64,000 nucleotides of DNA from Candidatus Omnitrophota bacterium (GTDB lineage Bacteria; Omnitrophota; Gorgyraeia; Zapsychrales; Zapsychraceae), in contig JBFWOS010000001.1 of assembly GCA_050250375.1 (NCBI GenBank), forward strand, positions 219,346 through 283,345, in the 5' to 3' direction. The notes below the pieces were generated by a model. The model saw only the letters and a program-made list of their open reading frames with translations. It did no database searches and was not told where the DNA came from. The translations under genes were made by a program, and so were the position numbers. Shown piece by piece: positions 9,178-19,729 of the stretch. Each line of letters begins with the position of its first letter. The stretch's first letter is position 1.

Positions 9178-9924
9178 ATGTCCACCAAAATGATCATCAC
9201 CGGAATATTAACCCTGGCGGTTATGGCCGCTTCCGGTTCGGATGCCCTGGCCAAAGAACGCAAAAAATCCGGAAGTTATCAGGGAAAGAAAACAAAAGGC
9301 ACATTCCAGAAAAAAATCGACCGGGAACCGGGCCAGGTCAAAAAGAAAACGAACTGGCAGAACGAACGCGGCGAAGGCACCCGCGAGAGCGAACGCAAAT
9401 GGAACAAAGAAAGCAAGTCCGGGACCTATTCCTCCAGCACGACTACGGCCGGCGGCAAAAAATTCTCCCGGGAAGGCACCGTCACCAAAACCGGCCAGGG
9501 CGCGTACACCCAGCAGGGAACCATCACCGGGCCCAACGGCAAGACCGGCACCGTTGAGCGTACTTCCCTCCGCAATGAAGACGGCAGCCGCTCCGTTGAT
9601 ACCACTTATACCGGACCCGGCGGCAACACGCTGGACAGCCAGAAAAAGATCACCTTCGAAGACGGCGTACGTAATGTCGAAGGCCATTATTCATCCAGCA
9701 CCGGAAAAAGCGGGACATTCACGGGCCAATCCAAATTTGAAGACGGAAAAATCATCACCGAACGCTCCCTGACAAACCAGGACGGAAAAACCTGGCGGCA
9801 GGACGTTGAAATTGACAGAGACGGCAACACCATCACCCGGGATGTCACCAACACCAACCCGTGGGGAGAAAGCCGCTCGTTTAACCAGAGTGTAACCGTT
9901 GAGGAATCCGAAATAAATCCGTAA
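9178..9924 (+). CDS. Secreted low-complexity (K/G/T/S-rich) hypothetical protein
   Basis: There is an AAGGAG RBS and a signal peptide, MSTKMIITGILTLAVMAASGSDALA. The rest of the protein is a hydrophilic repetitive body. Confidence 0.6.
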   Translation: MSTKMIITGILTLAVMAASGSDALAKERKKSGSYQGKKTKGTFQKKIDREPGQVKKKTNWQNERGEGTRESERKWNKESKSGTYSSSTTTAGGKKFSREGTVTKTGQGAYTQQGTITGPNGKTGTVERTSLRNEDGSRSVDTTYTGPGGNTLDSQKKITFEDGVRNVEGHYSSSTGKSGTFTGQSKFEDGKIITERSLTNQDGKTWRQDVEIDRDGNTITRDVTNTNPWGESRSFNQSVTVEESEINP

Positions 9925-9957
9925 ACAACGAATCGCTCCCCTGAAATTCTCTCACGA

Positions 9958-9995
9958 AAAAGAGCCATCCAGCCGGTGGCTCTTTTTTTTATTAT
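9958..9995 (+). terminator. Rho-independent terminator
   Basis: The stem is AAGAGCCA...TGGCTCTT, followed by T8. Confidence 0.5.
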
Positions 9996-10034
9996 TTTTT
10001 TTATCTTCCCGGAGTTTCGGTATATCATACTCCT

Positions 10035-11657
10035 ATGCCTAAACCGTCCGGTTGTTCGCCATGGGCCCAAAAGGCCTGCCTGCTGTTAACCATAGTCTTC
10101 GGACTGGTCTATCTTGCGCCGTTCGTCAATTACCAGCCCTTTCTTTCCACCGGTGACCACGGCCTGAACCTTTACAACGCCCGGGCCGTCCTCGCCGGGC
10201 AAAGGCCCTATCACGATTTCCACTGGTTTTACGGGCCGCTCATGCTGTATTACTCCGCCTTCTGCTTAAAAATATTCGGCATCGGGATTCAAGGCATCTT
10301 GATGGGTTCCGTCATCCTCAAACTGATCAGCGGCCTGCTGGTCTTTGCCCTGTGTTCTCTTTATATTTCTCCGTTTTTGGCCTTCGGCGCGGCCGCGTGG
10401 TTCTGGCTGTTCAACTTTGATTTCTTTTACACCTACAATCACACCGGCGGGATCACTCTGTCGCTGGCCGTCTTGTATTGCCTGTTTCTGCATTTTAAAT
10501 CGGACCGTCTGCGGTATTTGATCCTGGGAAGCCTGGCCTGCGCGGGGCTGGGCATGATCAAGGTCAATCTGGGTTTCTGCGGGATCTTCTGCCTGAATGC
10601 CGGGGCCGTCCTGAACCGCCTGATCGTTCAGAAAAAATTCTCGCCGGGGCTGACCTATTATCTGGCAGCCAGTTCCCTGGTGCTGCCTGTCTTTGTCATC
10701 GCGGCCAACTGGATGTTCATTATCGGCCTGCCGTTTTATGTCATCAGACAGTGTTATCAGTACTTCGGCAACGACACCCAGGCCTGGGAATATACCTCCC
10801 CGCTCCAGGCGGTCGTCAAACTCAAGGATTATCTGGTCGGACGGGTCGGTCCGCATAAAGACCTGGCCGCTTTTTCTCTGGCGTCCGCGGGCGCATTGAT
10901 CTTTTTTGTGATCCAGACCGCCCGGTCCTTTAAAAGGCCGGAACACCAACGGGAAGGTCTGCTGGTGATCACAACCGTTGTGATGTTCACCGTTTGTTTT
11001 CTACATGAATATCTCCTCAGCGGGGTCATCTTCCGCGCGTTCTGGGCCCAGCCGTTTTTATTTGTATTGATGTTTTTATCCATCGGCCTGGCCGCCGCGC
11101 CCTTTCCGCGGCGGGTGCAATCCATTGTGTTTTTGATCCTGTTCGCGCTGATCGGTACACGCGGCGCGCAGAAAACCGTCCTGATCAATTCCCTGAAAAA
11201 CCGGGACCAGTTCCTCGCGCTCGAACGGGCGAACATCTACGTCGGCAATTCGCATGACTGGATCTACACTGTGACACGCGCGGCCCGTTATCTCGAAAAA
11301 AACCTGGGACCAGACGATTCGATCTTTGTCCTGCCTTACGACCCGCTTTATTATTTCCTGCTGGACAAACCCAGCCCGACCCGCCAGCTGGCCATCCTGA
11401 GTTTCGTCAATATCCCGGACGAACAGGAACGTTCCATTGTTGATGACCTGAAAAAAAATAAGCCGCAGTGGGTGCTCCTTTCAAACAGGGCGGCCGCGGA
11501 TTTGCAAGGGACGGGTCAATTGGGCGTGACGTACGGAAAAATGATCGGTCAATACATCAAAGAAAATTATTCGGTTGAAAAGGAATTCGGGAACTGGGAC
11601 GGGGTTGCCGGCTGGACGTCAAACCACGCGGTGCGGATTTTACGGCGGACACCTTAA
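10035..11657 (+). CDS. Polytopic membrane protein with a C-terminal soluble domain (ArnT/PMT-like glycosyltransferase architecture, tentative)
   Basis: There are at least 10 hydrophobic helices followed by about 170 aa of hydrophilic C-terminus. The gene sits next to GT2 and epimerase genes. Confidence 0.6.
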   Translation: MPKPSGCSPWAQKACLLLTIVFGLVYLAPFVNYQPFLSTGDHGLNLYNARAVLAGQRPYHDFHWFYGPLMLYYSAFCLKIFGIGIQGILMGSVILKLISGLLVFALCSLYISPFLAFGAAAWFWLFNFDFFYTYNHTGGITLSLAVLYCLFLHFKSDRLRYLILGSLACAGLGMIKVNLGFCGIFCLNAGAVLNRLIVQKKFSPGLTYYLAASSLVLPVFVIAANWMFIIGLPFYVIRQCYQYFGNDTQAWEYTSPLQAVVKLKDYLVGRVGPHKDLAAFSLASAGALIFFVIQTARSFKRPEHQREGLLVITTVVMFTVCFLHEYLLSGVIFRAFWAQPFLFVLMFLSIGLAAAPFPRRVQSIVFLILFALIGTRGAQKTVLINSLKNRDQFLALERANIYVGNSHDWIYTVTRAARYLEKNLGPDDSIFVLPYDPLYYFLLDKPSPTRQLAILSFVNIPDEQERSIVDDLKKNKPQWVLLSNRAAADLQGTGQLGVTYGKMIGQYIKENYSVEKEFGNWDGVAGWTSNHAVRILRRTP

Positions 11658-12709
11658 ATATCGGACAGTCTTTCTTTAAACGGTCCCATCCACTGAAATG
11701 TGTCGGCGCAGATGGTTTTAAGATCTTTTTTCGGCGACCAGCCCGTCTTTTCCGTCACTGCCTGGTTGTCCGTCAAATAAATCCGGACATCGCCTTTGCG
11801 TTGCTCCGGGACCGAACGCACCTCAACTGTCCGGCGGGTGATCCGGCTGACCATCGCCGTCAGTTCCATCAGGGAAAATGTGTTAGCCCGTCCGCCGCCG
11901 GCGTTGTACACCCGGCCGCTGCAGGAGTGGATATGCTCCATCTGGTAAAAAATCAGTTCACAGACATCATCAATGTGGAGCGCGTCGCGCATTTGTTTTC
12001 CGGTCCCGCCGAACCCGATATAACCCAGCGGCCGCCCGAGAAGGTGCTGGAGGATCCAGAACCCGATGATGCCCTGGTCAATGCGTCCCATCTGCCACGC
12101 CCCGGCGATCACCCCGAAACGGTTGATGACCCCCCGGATCCCGTACATGTCCATATATTCCGTCAAAAGAAGTTCACTCGCGAGTTTGGTCGCCCCGTAC
12201 AGGGACTTGGCGCCGTAAATGGAGAAATCCAGCGTGACCCCCGCGCGGCTGTAACCGGCCCCCTGTTTCTGCATCCAGTCAAAACGCGTCGGGGTTTCCT
12301 CATACGGCACCTGGTTCAGCGCGTCATAAGGATAGACCCGGCTTGAGGAGAGATAAATCACGTGCGCGCGGTCGCGCCGGGCCAGTTCCAGGCAGTTGAG
12401 CGTCCCGTTGAGGCTGGTGTCGATGGTGTACGCCGGGTCTTCGTACGATTTTAAGACACTCGGTTCCGCGGAACATTCAATCAGGTAATCGATTTTGGGC
12501 AGGACCAGCAACTGATCTTTGTGACGGATGTCGGCGCGGACAAATTCGATTCCCGCGTCCTGCAGGCGCGCAAGATTCAGTTCAGACCCGGCCCGGTGCA
12601 GATTGTCCAGGCACACGACCCGGCAGTCCGTCCAGCGCTGTTTGATAAAAACAGCCAGGTTCGACCCCACAAAACCGGCCCCGCCGGTAATCAAGAGTGT
12701 TTTATTCAA
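11654..12709 (-). CDS. NAD-dependent epimerase/dehydratase (extended SDR)
   Basis: The Rossmann motif TGGAGFVGSNL is present, with a YxxxK-type region downstream. Confidence 0.8.
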   Translation of the reverse strand: MNKTLLITGGAGFVGSNLAVFIKQRWTDCRVVCLDNLHRAGSELNLARLQDAGIEFVRADIRHKDQLLVLPKIDYLIECSAEPSVLKSYEDPAYTIDTSLNGTLNCLELARRDRAHVIYLSSSRVYPYDALNQVPYEETPTRFDWMQKQGAGYSRAGVTLDFSIYGAKSLYGATKLASELLLTEYMDMYGIRGVINRFGVIAGAWQMGRIDQGIIGFWILQHLLGRPLGYIGFGGTGKQMRDALHIDDVCELIFYQMEHIHSCSGRVYNAGGGRANTFSLMELTAMVSRITRRTVEVRSVPEQRKGDVRIYLTDNQAVTEKTGWSPKKDLKTICADTFQWMGPFKERLSDI

Positions 12710-13481
12710 CCGGTTTCTCCTCGTTCGGTTTCACGCGTTTCCTGATCTCGCCTTTCTGGTAATCTCCCCCGCACAATAACCGTTCCAGGAACACGTAAAT
12801 AATGATAAACAGATACCGGCTGCCCATCTCCTGCAGCCGCAGGCTTGAAGGCCCTTTACGTTTGTTGTACCAGTGCGTGGGGATCACGGCAAAACTGTAC
12901 CCCCGCACGATCGCCTTCAGCGGAAGCTCAACGGTGATGTTAAAATGGCGGGACAAAACCGGCCGGATCCCGTTGACCGCTTCCCGGGAAAAACACTTAA
13001 ACGCGTTGGTCACGTCATTGTATTTCAGGCCGAACAAAATATTGATAAACCCGTTCACCACGCGGTTGAGCACCAGCTTGAACCCCGGATAACCGATGAC
13101 GCGCGCGTCCTTGTGCCAGCGGGTCCCGAAACAGCAGTCGTACCCTTCGCGGATTTTCTCGACGTATTTGACCATGTCCTTTGGGTCGTCCGAGGAATCG
13201 GCCATGGCGATGATCGCGATGTCCCCTTTAAACCGGTCCAGTCCCTTCTTGATCGCGTGGCCGAAACCGAACGGCGGTTGGTTGCGCACCAGGCGCACCC
13301 GCGGGTCTTTTTGCGAATACTCCGCGATCACCTCTTCCATCCGGTCCGTGCTGCCGTCGTTGACAATGACGATCTCAAAGTCAAACTGATGTTTTTCAAA
13401 TTCCTGGCGGATCCCGTCGATCGTCGCGCCGATATTGACCGCCTCGTTTTTGGCCGGAATAATGACCGATATTAGGCTCAT
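12702..13481 (-). CDS. GT2 polyprenyl-phosphate glycosyltransferase (DPM1/ArnC-like)
   Basis: Motifs ISVIIPAKNEAVNI and IVIVNDGSTD are present, with a DxD region. The 3' end overlaps the epimerase gene by 8 nt. Confidence 0.8.
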   Translation of the reverse strand: MSLISVIIPAKNEAVNIGATIDGIRQEFEKHQFDFEIVIVNDGSTDRMEEVIAEYSQKDPRVRLVRNQPPFGFGHAIKKGLDRFKGDIAIIAMADSSDDPKDMVKYVEKIREGYDCCFGTRWHKDARVIGYPGFKLVLNRVVNGFINILFGLKYNDVTNAFKCFSREAVNGIRPVLSRHFNITVELPLKAIVRGYSFAVIPTHWYNKRKGPSSLRLQEMGSRYLFIIIYVFLERLLCGGDYQKGEIRKRVKPNEEKPVE

Positions 13482-13570
13482 GAAAATTAGTCCCTTTGAT
13501 TGTCACTTCATAAAAATATTTTCAGAAGGCCTCATTATACAAGGAATCCAGGAAAAAAGGTAGGGCTGAT

Positions 13571-14332
13571 TTAACTCTTCAGCTTGAAGCCGGTCTTGAA
13601 CATCCAGCGGACCATGGCGATGCAGGCGGTGAGGAAAACCGTGATCATCACCAGGCTGACGCCGAGGCTCACATCCGCGGCCTCATAAAAACTCCAGCGG
13701 AACCCGCTGATCAGATAAACCACCGGGTTAAACAGCGACACCTTCTGCCAGAACACAGGCAGCATGTCGATCGTGTAAAAACTCCCGCCCAAGAACGTGA
13801 GCGGTGTGATGACCAGGATCGGGATGATCTGCAGTTTCTCAAACCCGTCGGCCCAGATCCCGATGATAAACCCGAACAAGCTGAACGTAATGGCCGTCAG
13901 AATAAGGAAAAACAACATCAGAAACGGATGGCTGATCTGCATCGGCACAAAGAAAAACGCCGTCGCCAGGATCAGGACCCCGAGGATAATCGACTTGGTG
14001 GCCGCGGCCCCCACGTACCCGAGCAGGATCTCGATGTACGACACCGGCGCGGTGAGGATCTCGTAAATCGTGCCCGTGAACTTGGGGAAATAAATCCCGA
14101 AAGAGGCGTTTGAAATGCTTTCGGTCAGCACCGAGAGCATAATCAGCCCCGGGACAATAAACGACCCGTAACTGATCCCGTCAATCGATTCGATGCGCGA
14201 ACCGATGGCCGAACCGAAAACAACGAAATACAATCCCGTTGAGATCACCGGAGACGCCACACTCTGGCCCAACGTCCGGAACCAGCGGGCCATTTCAAAA
14301 CAGAATATCGCTTTAACCGCGCGCCAATTCAT
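13571..14332 (-). CDS. ABC-2 family exporter permease
   Basis: There are six transmembrane helices. The gene overlaps the upstream ATPase gene by 4 nt. Confidence 0.75.
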   Translation of the reverse strand: MNWRAVKAIFCFEMARWFRTLGQSVASPVISTGLYFVVFGSAIGSRIESIDGISYGSFIVPGLIMLSVLTESISNASFGIYFPKFTGTIYEILTAPVSYIEILLGYVGAAATKSIILGVLILATAFFFVPMQISHPFLMLFFLILTAITFSLFGFIIGIWADGFEKLQIIPILVITPLTFLGGSFYTIDMLPVFWQKVSLFNPVVYLISGFRWSFYEAADVSLGVSLVMITVFLTACIAMVRWMFKTGFKLKS

Positions 14333-15252
14333 TTCTTCTTCACCAGTTTGATAAATATGTCTTCAAGAGAACTTTGTTTCGTGTGAATGTCTTTATACGT
14401 GAACCCGGCCCGGTTGAGGACCGACAAGACACTTGAGATCCCGTTGTCCTCAAGCGTCGAATTAAAACTGTAGACCAGCTGTGTCTTTTCCGCGTTTAAC
14501 GCCAGCGTGAATTGATTGAGTTCCGCGGGGATTTCCCCGAGCGGTTCGTTCAGGTCCAGGATGAGTTCCTTGCGTCCGAGTTTTTTCATCAGCTTCGCCT
14601 TCTCTTCCGTGAGGATGAGCTCGCCGTTGTCGATGATCCCGATGCGGTCGGCCATCTCCTCGGCCTCGTCAATGTAATGCGTCGTGAGAATGATGGTCAC
14701 GCCCGTCTGCTGCAGGGCGCGCACCTGCTCCCACATGTCCTTGCGCAGTTCAACGTCCACCCCCGCGGTCGGCTCATCCAGGAACAACAGCCGCGGTTCG
14801 TGCGACAGGGCCTTGGCGATCATCAAACGCCGTTTCATCCCGCCGGACAAGGTCCGGATCTTGTTCTTGCGTTTGTCCCAGAGCGATAATTTTTTCAGCG
14901 TCGATTCGATGTACGCGGCGTCAAACGGTTTGCCGAACAGCCCGCGGCTGAAGGTGACCGTGTCCCACACCGTTTCAAAGGCGTCGGTGGCCAGCTCCTG
15001 CGGGACAAGGCCGACTAAGGAGCGGGTCAGGCGGAAATCCGTGAGGATGTCGTGCCCGTCCACATGAATAGTCCCTGCCGTCGGATTGATGATCCCGCAG
15101 ACCGCGCTGATCAAGGTCGTCTTGCCCGCGCCGTTGGGCCCGAGCAAGGCAAAGATCTCTCCCTTGCGGATTTCGAGATTAATGTTCTTTAAAGCCTGAA
15201 ACCCGCCGGCATAAGTCTTGTTTAAATTTTGAATGGATAAAATCGAGCGCAT
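14329..15252 (-). CDS. ABC transporter ATP-binding protein
   Basis: Walker A is GPNGAGKTT, the signature is LSGGMKRR, and Walker B is LLFLDEPT. Confidence 0.9.
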   Translation of the reverse strand: MRSILSIQNLNKTYAGGFQALKNINLEIRKGEIFALLGPNGAGKTTLISAVCGIINPTAGTIHVDGHDILTDFRLTRSLVGLVPQELATDAFETVWDTVTFSRGLFGKPFDAAYIESTLKKLSLWDKRKNKIRTLSGGMKRRLMIAKALSHEPRLLFLDEPTAGVDVELRKDMWEQVRALQQTGVTIILTTHYIDEAEEMADRIGIIDNGELILTEEKAKLMKKLGRKELILDLNEPLGEIPAELNQFTLALNAEKTQLVYSFNSTLEDNGISSVLSVLNRAGFTYKDIHTKQSSLEDIFIKLVKKK

Positions 15253-15272
15253 TCGAATGATTATCTGTTTTT

Positions 15273-15776
15273 CTACTTTCCTGAATGAAATCCAATCGGA
15301 GTTTTGGGTTTTTCGTCTTCAGAGATTAAACGGCGGAGCGCATTAAAAACACCCTGGAATTGAGCATCATATTTCTTCTCCAGATCCTTCAATTTTCTGG
15401 CCAGATTCTTATGCGTACTCAATATTTCCCTTAACTTAATAAATGCCCGCATAATATCAATATTAGCCAGGACAGCCCGCTCACTGTTCAATACACTAGA
15501 CAGCATCGCAACACCATGCTCTGTAAACGTATAAGGCAGGTATCGTCTTCCGCCTCTCTTTGAGGTGCCATTTTGGCACCTCAAATATTCATCCTTTGTC
15601 AGTTGAAACATAAAATCAGAAGGAAACCGTATCTTGTTTCTTCGAACCTGCCGTGTCAGATGTTTCGTTTCAACCTCATACAACTGGGCCAGGTCATGAT
15701 CCAAAATAACCTTTTGCCCCCGAACGATAAAAATCTTATTGGCGATAACTGTTACAACGGCTGTTTTCCCGGACAT
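15273..15776 (-). CDS. ORF6N-domain protein (phage antirepressor-like), copy A
   Basis: [44 protein letters not shown] is the hallmark ORF6N N-terminus. Confidence 0.7.
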   Translation of the reverse strand: MSGKTAVVTVIANKIFIVRGQKVILDHDLAQLYEVETKHLTRQVRRNKIRFPSDFMFQLTKDEYLRCQNGTSKRGGRRYLPYTFTEHGVAMLSSVLNSERAVLANIDIMRAFIKLREILSTHKNLARKLKDLEKKYDAQFQGVFNALRRLISEDEKPKTPIGFHSGK

Positions 15777-16095
15777 AAAAACCCCCCTTTCAATATTAAT
15801 GAAATCGAATGGGGGAATTAAGTGTCCCTATTATATATGAGTTAATTGTGATGTCAATCAACAGATCCCTGCTTACTCTAACCGCTGGAATTCGGGGGTA
15901 GCTCATGTACCTAATTAATTGCGTAAGTGTCCATGAAATTCGTCATCATAATATAAAAGAATAAAAAAGAATAAAAAAGGAAAAAAATTATTAAAAGAAT
16001 GTGTACCTAAAGATTTAATTTGCCAAATCCGGACGGATTTTCTAAAATACTGACAACACCCCCGCTCTATTCCCCTTATAACGAAAGGGGAACTA

Positions 16096-16614
16096 ATGTC
16101 AAACACCACAATTCCATCGCGTTTCATTGAAGAACGTATCTTTCTGATCAGAGGCCAGAAGGTCATGCTTGACCGGGACCTGGCAGAATTGTATCAGGTA
16201 AAATCCATTGCTTTACGCCAGCAAGTGATGAGAAATAAAGAGCGGTTTCCAGACGATTTTTGTTTTCAACTGAACGAAGATGAAACGAATCGATTGGTAT
16301 CACAATTTGTGATACCTTCCAAACAGAGCTTAGGGGGGCATCAACCCTATGTTTTTACTGAGCAAGGAGTTTCCATGCTTTCCAGCGTATTACGTTCAAA
16401 ACAGGCTGTATTGGTCAATGTCGCCATTATGCGGGCGTTTGTGAAATTGCGCGAGACGCTTTCGTTACACAAAGAACTGGCCGTGAAACTGAGGGAACTG
16501 GAACGCAAAGTCGAGGGCCACGATGTCGCCATTCACAATATCTTTGAAGCCATCCGTCGATTGATGAATGAAAATGAAAAACCCAAACGCAAGATCGGGT
16601 TTCATGAGGAATGA
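16096..16614 (+). CDS. ORF6N-domain protein, copy B
   Basis: [18 protein letters not shown]...RFPDDFCFQL is present. It shares a conserved leader, CCCCGCTCTATTCCCCTTATAAC, with copy C. Confidence 0.7.
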   Translation: MSNTTIPSRFIEERIFLIRGQKVMLDRDLAELYQVKSIALRQQVMRNKERFPDDFCFQLNEDETNRLVSQFVIPSKQSLGGHQPYVFTEQGVSMLSSVLRSKQAVLVNVAIMRAFVKLRETLSLHKELAVKLRELERKVEGHDVAIHNIFEAIRRLMNENEKPKRKIGFHEE

Positions 16615-16620
16615 GCCTCT

Positions 16621-17895
16621 TCATCGTTTCTCCGAACGGAAGATCAGCCTTAAACCGCGGTCGTAACTGAAATAATTCCACGCCCAGTTCACAAAGGCGA
16701 CCGCCTTGTTGCGGAACCCGACCAGCGACATCAGATGCACAAACAGCCAGACCAGCCAGCCGAAGATGCCCTGGAATTTGATCACACCCAGGTCCACCAC
16801 CGCGTTATTCCTCCCGACCGTGGCCATCACGCCCGGGTCCCTGTACTGGAACGGGACAAGCGGTTTGTTGTTGAGCCGCGCGTCCAGATTTTTGGCGAGG
16901 CGTTTCGCCTGCTGGATCGCGACCGGGGCCAGCTGCGGGTGGCCGCGGGGCATGTCTTTGGAAATCATCCCGGCGATATCACCGATCGCGAAAATATTCG
17001 CGAGCCCTTCCACTTCATTAAATTCGTTCACCCTGATCCGGTTACCGGGAAGGATCACCTCCGCCGGAAAACCCGGGATAACGGCGCCGGTGACCCCGGC
17101 CGCCCAGATCAGGTTTCCGGTAGACAAAGTCTTCCCGTTGGAGAGGACCGCGTTTTTTCCGTCGTAAGAAACCACCTTCGTTTTCAGCCAGATGTTCACG
17201 CTGTATTTGCTTAAAAACTTCTCCGTGCTGGCCGAGGCCTCTTTAGACATCGTGCGCAGGAGCCGTTCGTCCATATCGACAATATGGATCTGCATGTTCT
17301 GAAAATCAAGCTCGGGATAATCATGCGGCAGGACGATCTTCTTGAGTTCCCCCAAAGCGCCTGCGGTCTCAACACCGGTGGGGCCGCCGCCGACAATGAC
17401 AAACGTCATCAGCCGGGAGCGCTCTTCAATGCTTTCGGTGAGGATCGCCTTCTCAAAACTCTCCAGGATCAGGTTGCGCAGCTCCATCGCCTGGGACACC
17501 GTCTTCATCCGCATGGCGTTTTTTTCAATATCCGCCTGGCCGAAAAAATTCGTTTTGGTCCCGAGCGCCAGGACAAGGTAATCATACGAAATGTCCCCGA
17601 TCGACGTTTCCAGGCACTGATCCGCCGGCCGCACCTTAAAAACCTCGGCCATGCGGAAATACACATTGTCCTGTTTTTTAAAGATCTCGCGCAGCGGATA
17701 AGCGATCGAATCCGGTTCCAGGGCCGCGGTCGCCACCTGGTATAACAGCGGCTGAAACGTGTGAAAATTATTTTTGTCAATCAGGACGATCTGGGCGTCC
17801 AGAGACCTGAGCTTTTTGGTCAGCTCCAGTCCGCCGAAGCCCCCGCCGACAATCACGATGCGGGGTTTGCTGGTCACAGGGAGATTTACAGACAT
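16621..17895 (-). CDS. ndh: Type II NADH:quinone oxidoreductase (NDH-2)
   Basis: The FAD-binding motif is PRIVIVGGGFGGLE. A second dinucleotide-binding motif is VIVGGGPTGVE. Confidence 0.8.
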   Translation of the reverse strand: MSVNLPVTSKPRIVIVGGGFGGLELTKKLRSLDAQIVLIDKNNFHTFQPLLYQVATAALEPDSIAYPLREIFKKQDNVYFRMAEVFKVRPADQCLETSIGDISYDYLVLALGTKTNFFGQADIEKNAMRMKTVSQAMELRNLILESFEKAILTESIEERSRLMTFVIVGGGPTGVETAGALGELKKIVLPHDYPELDFQNMQIHIVDMDERLLRTMSKEASASTEKFLSKYSVNIWLKTKVVSYDGKNAVLSNGKTLSTGNLIWAAGVTGAVIPGFPAEVILPGNRIRVNEFNEVEGLANIFAIGDIAGMISKDMPRGHPQLAPVAIQQAKRLAKNLDARLNNKPLVPFQYRDPGVMATVGRNNAVVDLGVIKFQGIFGWLVWLFVHLMSLVGFRNKAVAFVNWAWNYFSYDRGLRLIFRSEKR

Positions 17896-18131
17896 GGTTC
17901 ATTTCCTTGCAAAGATTGATTCAAGACGCCCGCACACACCGGCGCCTTGGAAGAGAATATCATAATATAATTCACGTGAAAAAGGAAGGAAATGTGGGGA
18001 ATATAAAGTGATCGGTGATGTGTGATCAGTGATCAGAGCGCTGTCGCGTATCTTGCGGACTTCTCATTCGACATGTATAATTATTTCAATCCCCCGCTCG
18101 ATCTCCCCTTATAACCATAAGGAGAGCATAA

Positions 18132-18464
18132 ATGCCGTCAAAAACCATTTCCACCGAAATTGTATCCAACAAAATATTTTTCATCCGCGGCCAGAAAGTG
18201 ATGATCGACCGCGACCTAGCCGAACTTTATGGTGTAGCCACAAAGGTATTAAATCAGGCCGTTAAGAGAAACATTGACCGGTTTCCGGATGATTTTATGT
18301 TTCAACTGACCTGGGAAGAGGCCGAATCTTTGAGGTCACAATTTGTGATCTCAAACCAGGTTGACAGCCAAAGTTCAAGGTCACAAATTGTGACCTTGAA
18401 CAGAGGTAAAAATGTTAAATATCTTCCCTCTTCTTTCTTTTTTCACAGATCCCTGATCACTTAA
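18132..18464 (+). pseudogene. ORF6N-domain paralogue, copy C, truncated/degenerate at the C-terminus
   Basis: The N-terminus [19 protein letters not shown]...[11 protein letters not shown] is intact. After RSQFVISN the frame runs into a duplicated palindrome and ends early, without the FTEQGVSMLSSVL block that copies A and B have. Confidence 0.45.
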
Positions 18465-18466
18465 AT

Positions 18467-18495
18467 CCTTGACAAAAAAATCAATCCGGGTTAAA
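18467..18495 (+). promoter_or_regulatory. Sigma-70-like promoter (TTGACA-N17-TAAACT)
   Basis: A consensus -35 element lies at 18468-18473. It is upstream of the 18728 gene. Confidence 0.35.
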
Positions 18496-18727
18496 CTTTC
18501 AATGTTTCCTTGAACAACGGTGTTTCGGGAAAAGACATTTTAACCGGCGGTGAGCGCCGGACCAGGACCACGAGGCCCTTAACCAGAACCAATCGGTTAG
18601 GGGTTTTTTATTTGGGCAAGGCCGCCCTCTTCCGCTGACTGCCGTCAGCGCGCGAAGGGGGTTTTTTATTGTCTCCGTAAAGATTGTTTCAGCACACATG
18701 TTTAACCAACCAACAAGGAGGACCATC

Positions 18728-19531
18728 ATGAAGCACGGCAGCACAATCAGTCAAATCTTGTCCCTAACCCTTGTCCTTTTCCTCGGCCTATCGGTGTTAC
18801 CCAAGACCTGCACCGCGGAGGATATGGACGAGCCCCCCACCCTGTTCGGGAGTTTCCTGAAAGACATGGGCGTTGAGATCAGCGGCGGCGCAACCATGGA
18901 TTATTACGACCGTTACGTCTGGCGCGGCCAGTACCTGGACCGGGACAGCGTCCTGCAGCCCGGGATCAGTTTCTCAACACTGGGGTTCACCGTGGGGTAC
19001 TGGGGCAGTTTCGACATGGAAAACGGGGACTCGCTCACCTCCGATGAAAGCGACTATTACGTCTCTTACGGGTACACGCTTGACCCGGTCACCGTCAGCG
19101 TCGGGCACACCTGGTATGATTTCCCCGAATACGACGGATCATCCAAGGAGTTCTTCGTGTCGGTCGCGGTCGACACGTTGTTGTCTCCCACGTTCTCCGT
19201 CTTCCACGATTACGAAGACGGGAAAGACCTGAACACGGACGGCGACGGAAATTATTACACCCTGGCCCTGTCCCACAGCGTCCCGCTCTGCGAAAAGACC
19301 GGGATCGCGCTGGACCTGGGGCTGACCTTCGGGTACGTCGACGGACAATGGCTGTCCGGCGAAGGCACCCATCTCACGCCAACCATCGGACTGAACATTC
19401 CGCTCACCCCCAATCTCACCATCATCCCGACCATCGGGTACAACGCGCCGATGGGCGACCTGGAAGACGCGGATATCGGCAACCAGGAAGACAAGGTCTT
19501 CGGCGGTATCAAAACAGCGTTCGCCTTCTAG
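18728..19531 (+). CDS. Outer-membrane beta-barrel protein (Gcw_chp/TIGR02001-like)
   Basis: An AGGAGG RBS precedes the ATG at 18728. The signal peptide is MKHGSTISQILSLTLVLFLGLSVLP. There are alternating aromatic strands and a C-terminal AFAF. Confidence 0.6.
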   Translation: MKHGSTISQILSLTLVLFLGLSVLPKTCTAEDMDEPPTLFGSFLKDMGVEISGGATMDYYDRYVWRGQYLDRDSVLQPGISFSTLGFTVGYWGSFDMENGDSLTSDESDYYVSYGYTLDPVTVSVGHTWYDFPEYDGSSKEFFVSVAVDTLLSPTFSVFHDYEDGKDLNTDGDGNYYTLALSHSVPLCEKTGIALDLGLTFGYVDGQWLSGEGTHLTPTIGLNIPLTPNLTIIPTIGYNAPMGDLEDADIGNQEDKVFGGIKTAFAF

Positions 19532-19729
19532 CGCGGGCCTGGATTCACCAAGAGGAGTTGGTAAGGAGGGCAACTCCTCGCCTTTTATCAATTGGAAAAT
19601 TAAGAAGTGTGCGGCGGACTGTATCCGTGATCGGACTGTTGGAGGGTATATGTATAAAAGGAATGCCCAGATCACTAGCCAGGCCGCTGTCCCGTATCTT
19701 TATTTTTCCTGACGCCAGTGTTATTTGAC

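Noticed and set aside
9208-10949. Long antisense ORFs inside genes, for example 9208-9687 (-), 10266-10949 (-), 35211-35480 (+) and 52957-53763 (-)
   Set aside because: They are Ala/Arg/Gly/Pro-rich antisense frames typical of GC-rich coding DNA, and they fully overlap well-supported genes.
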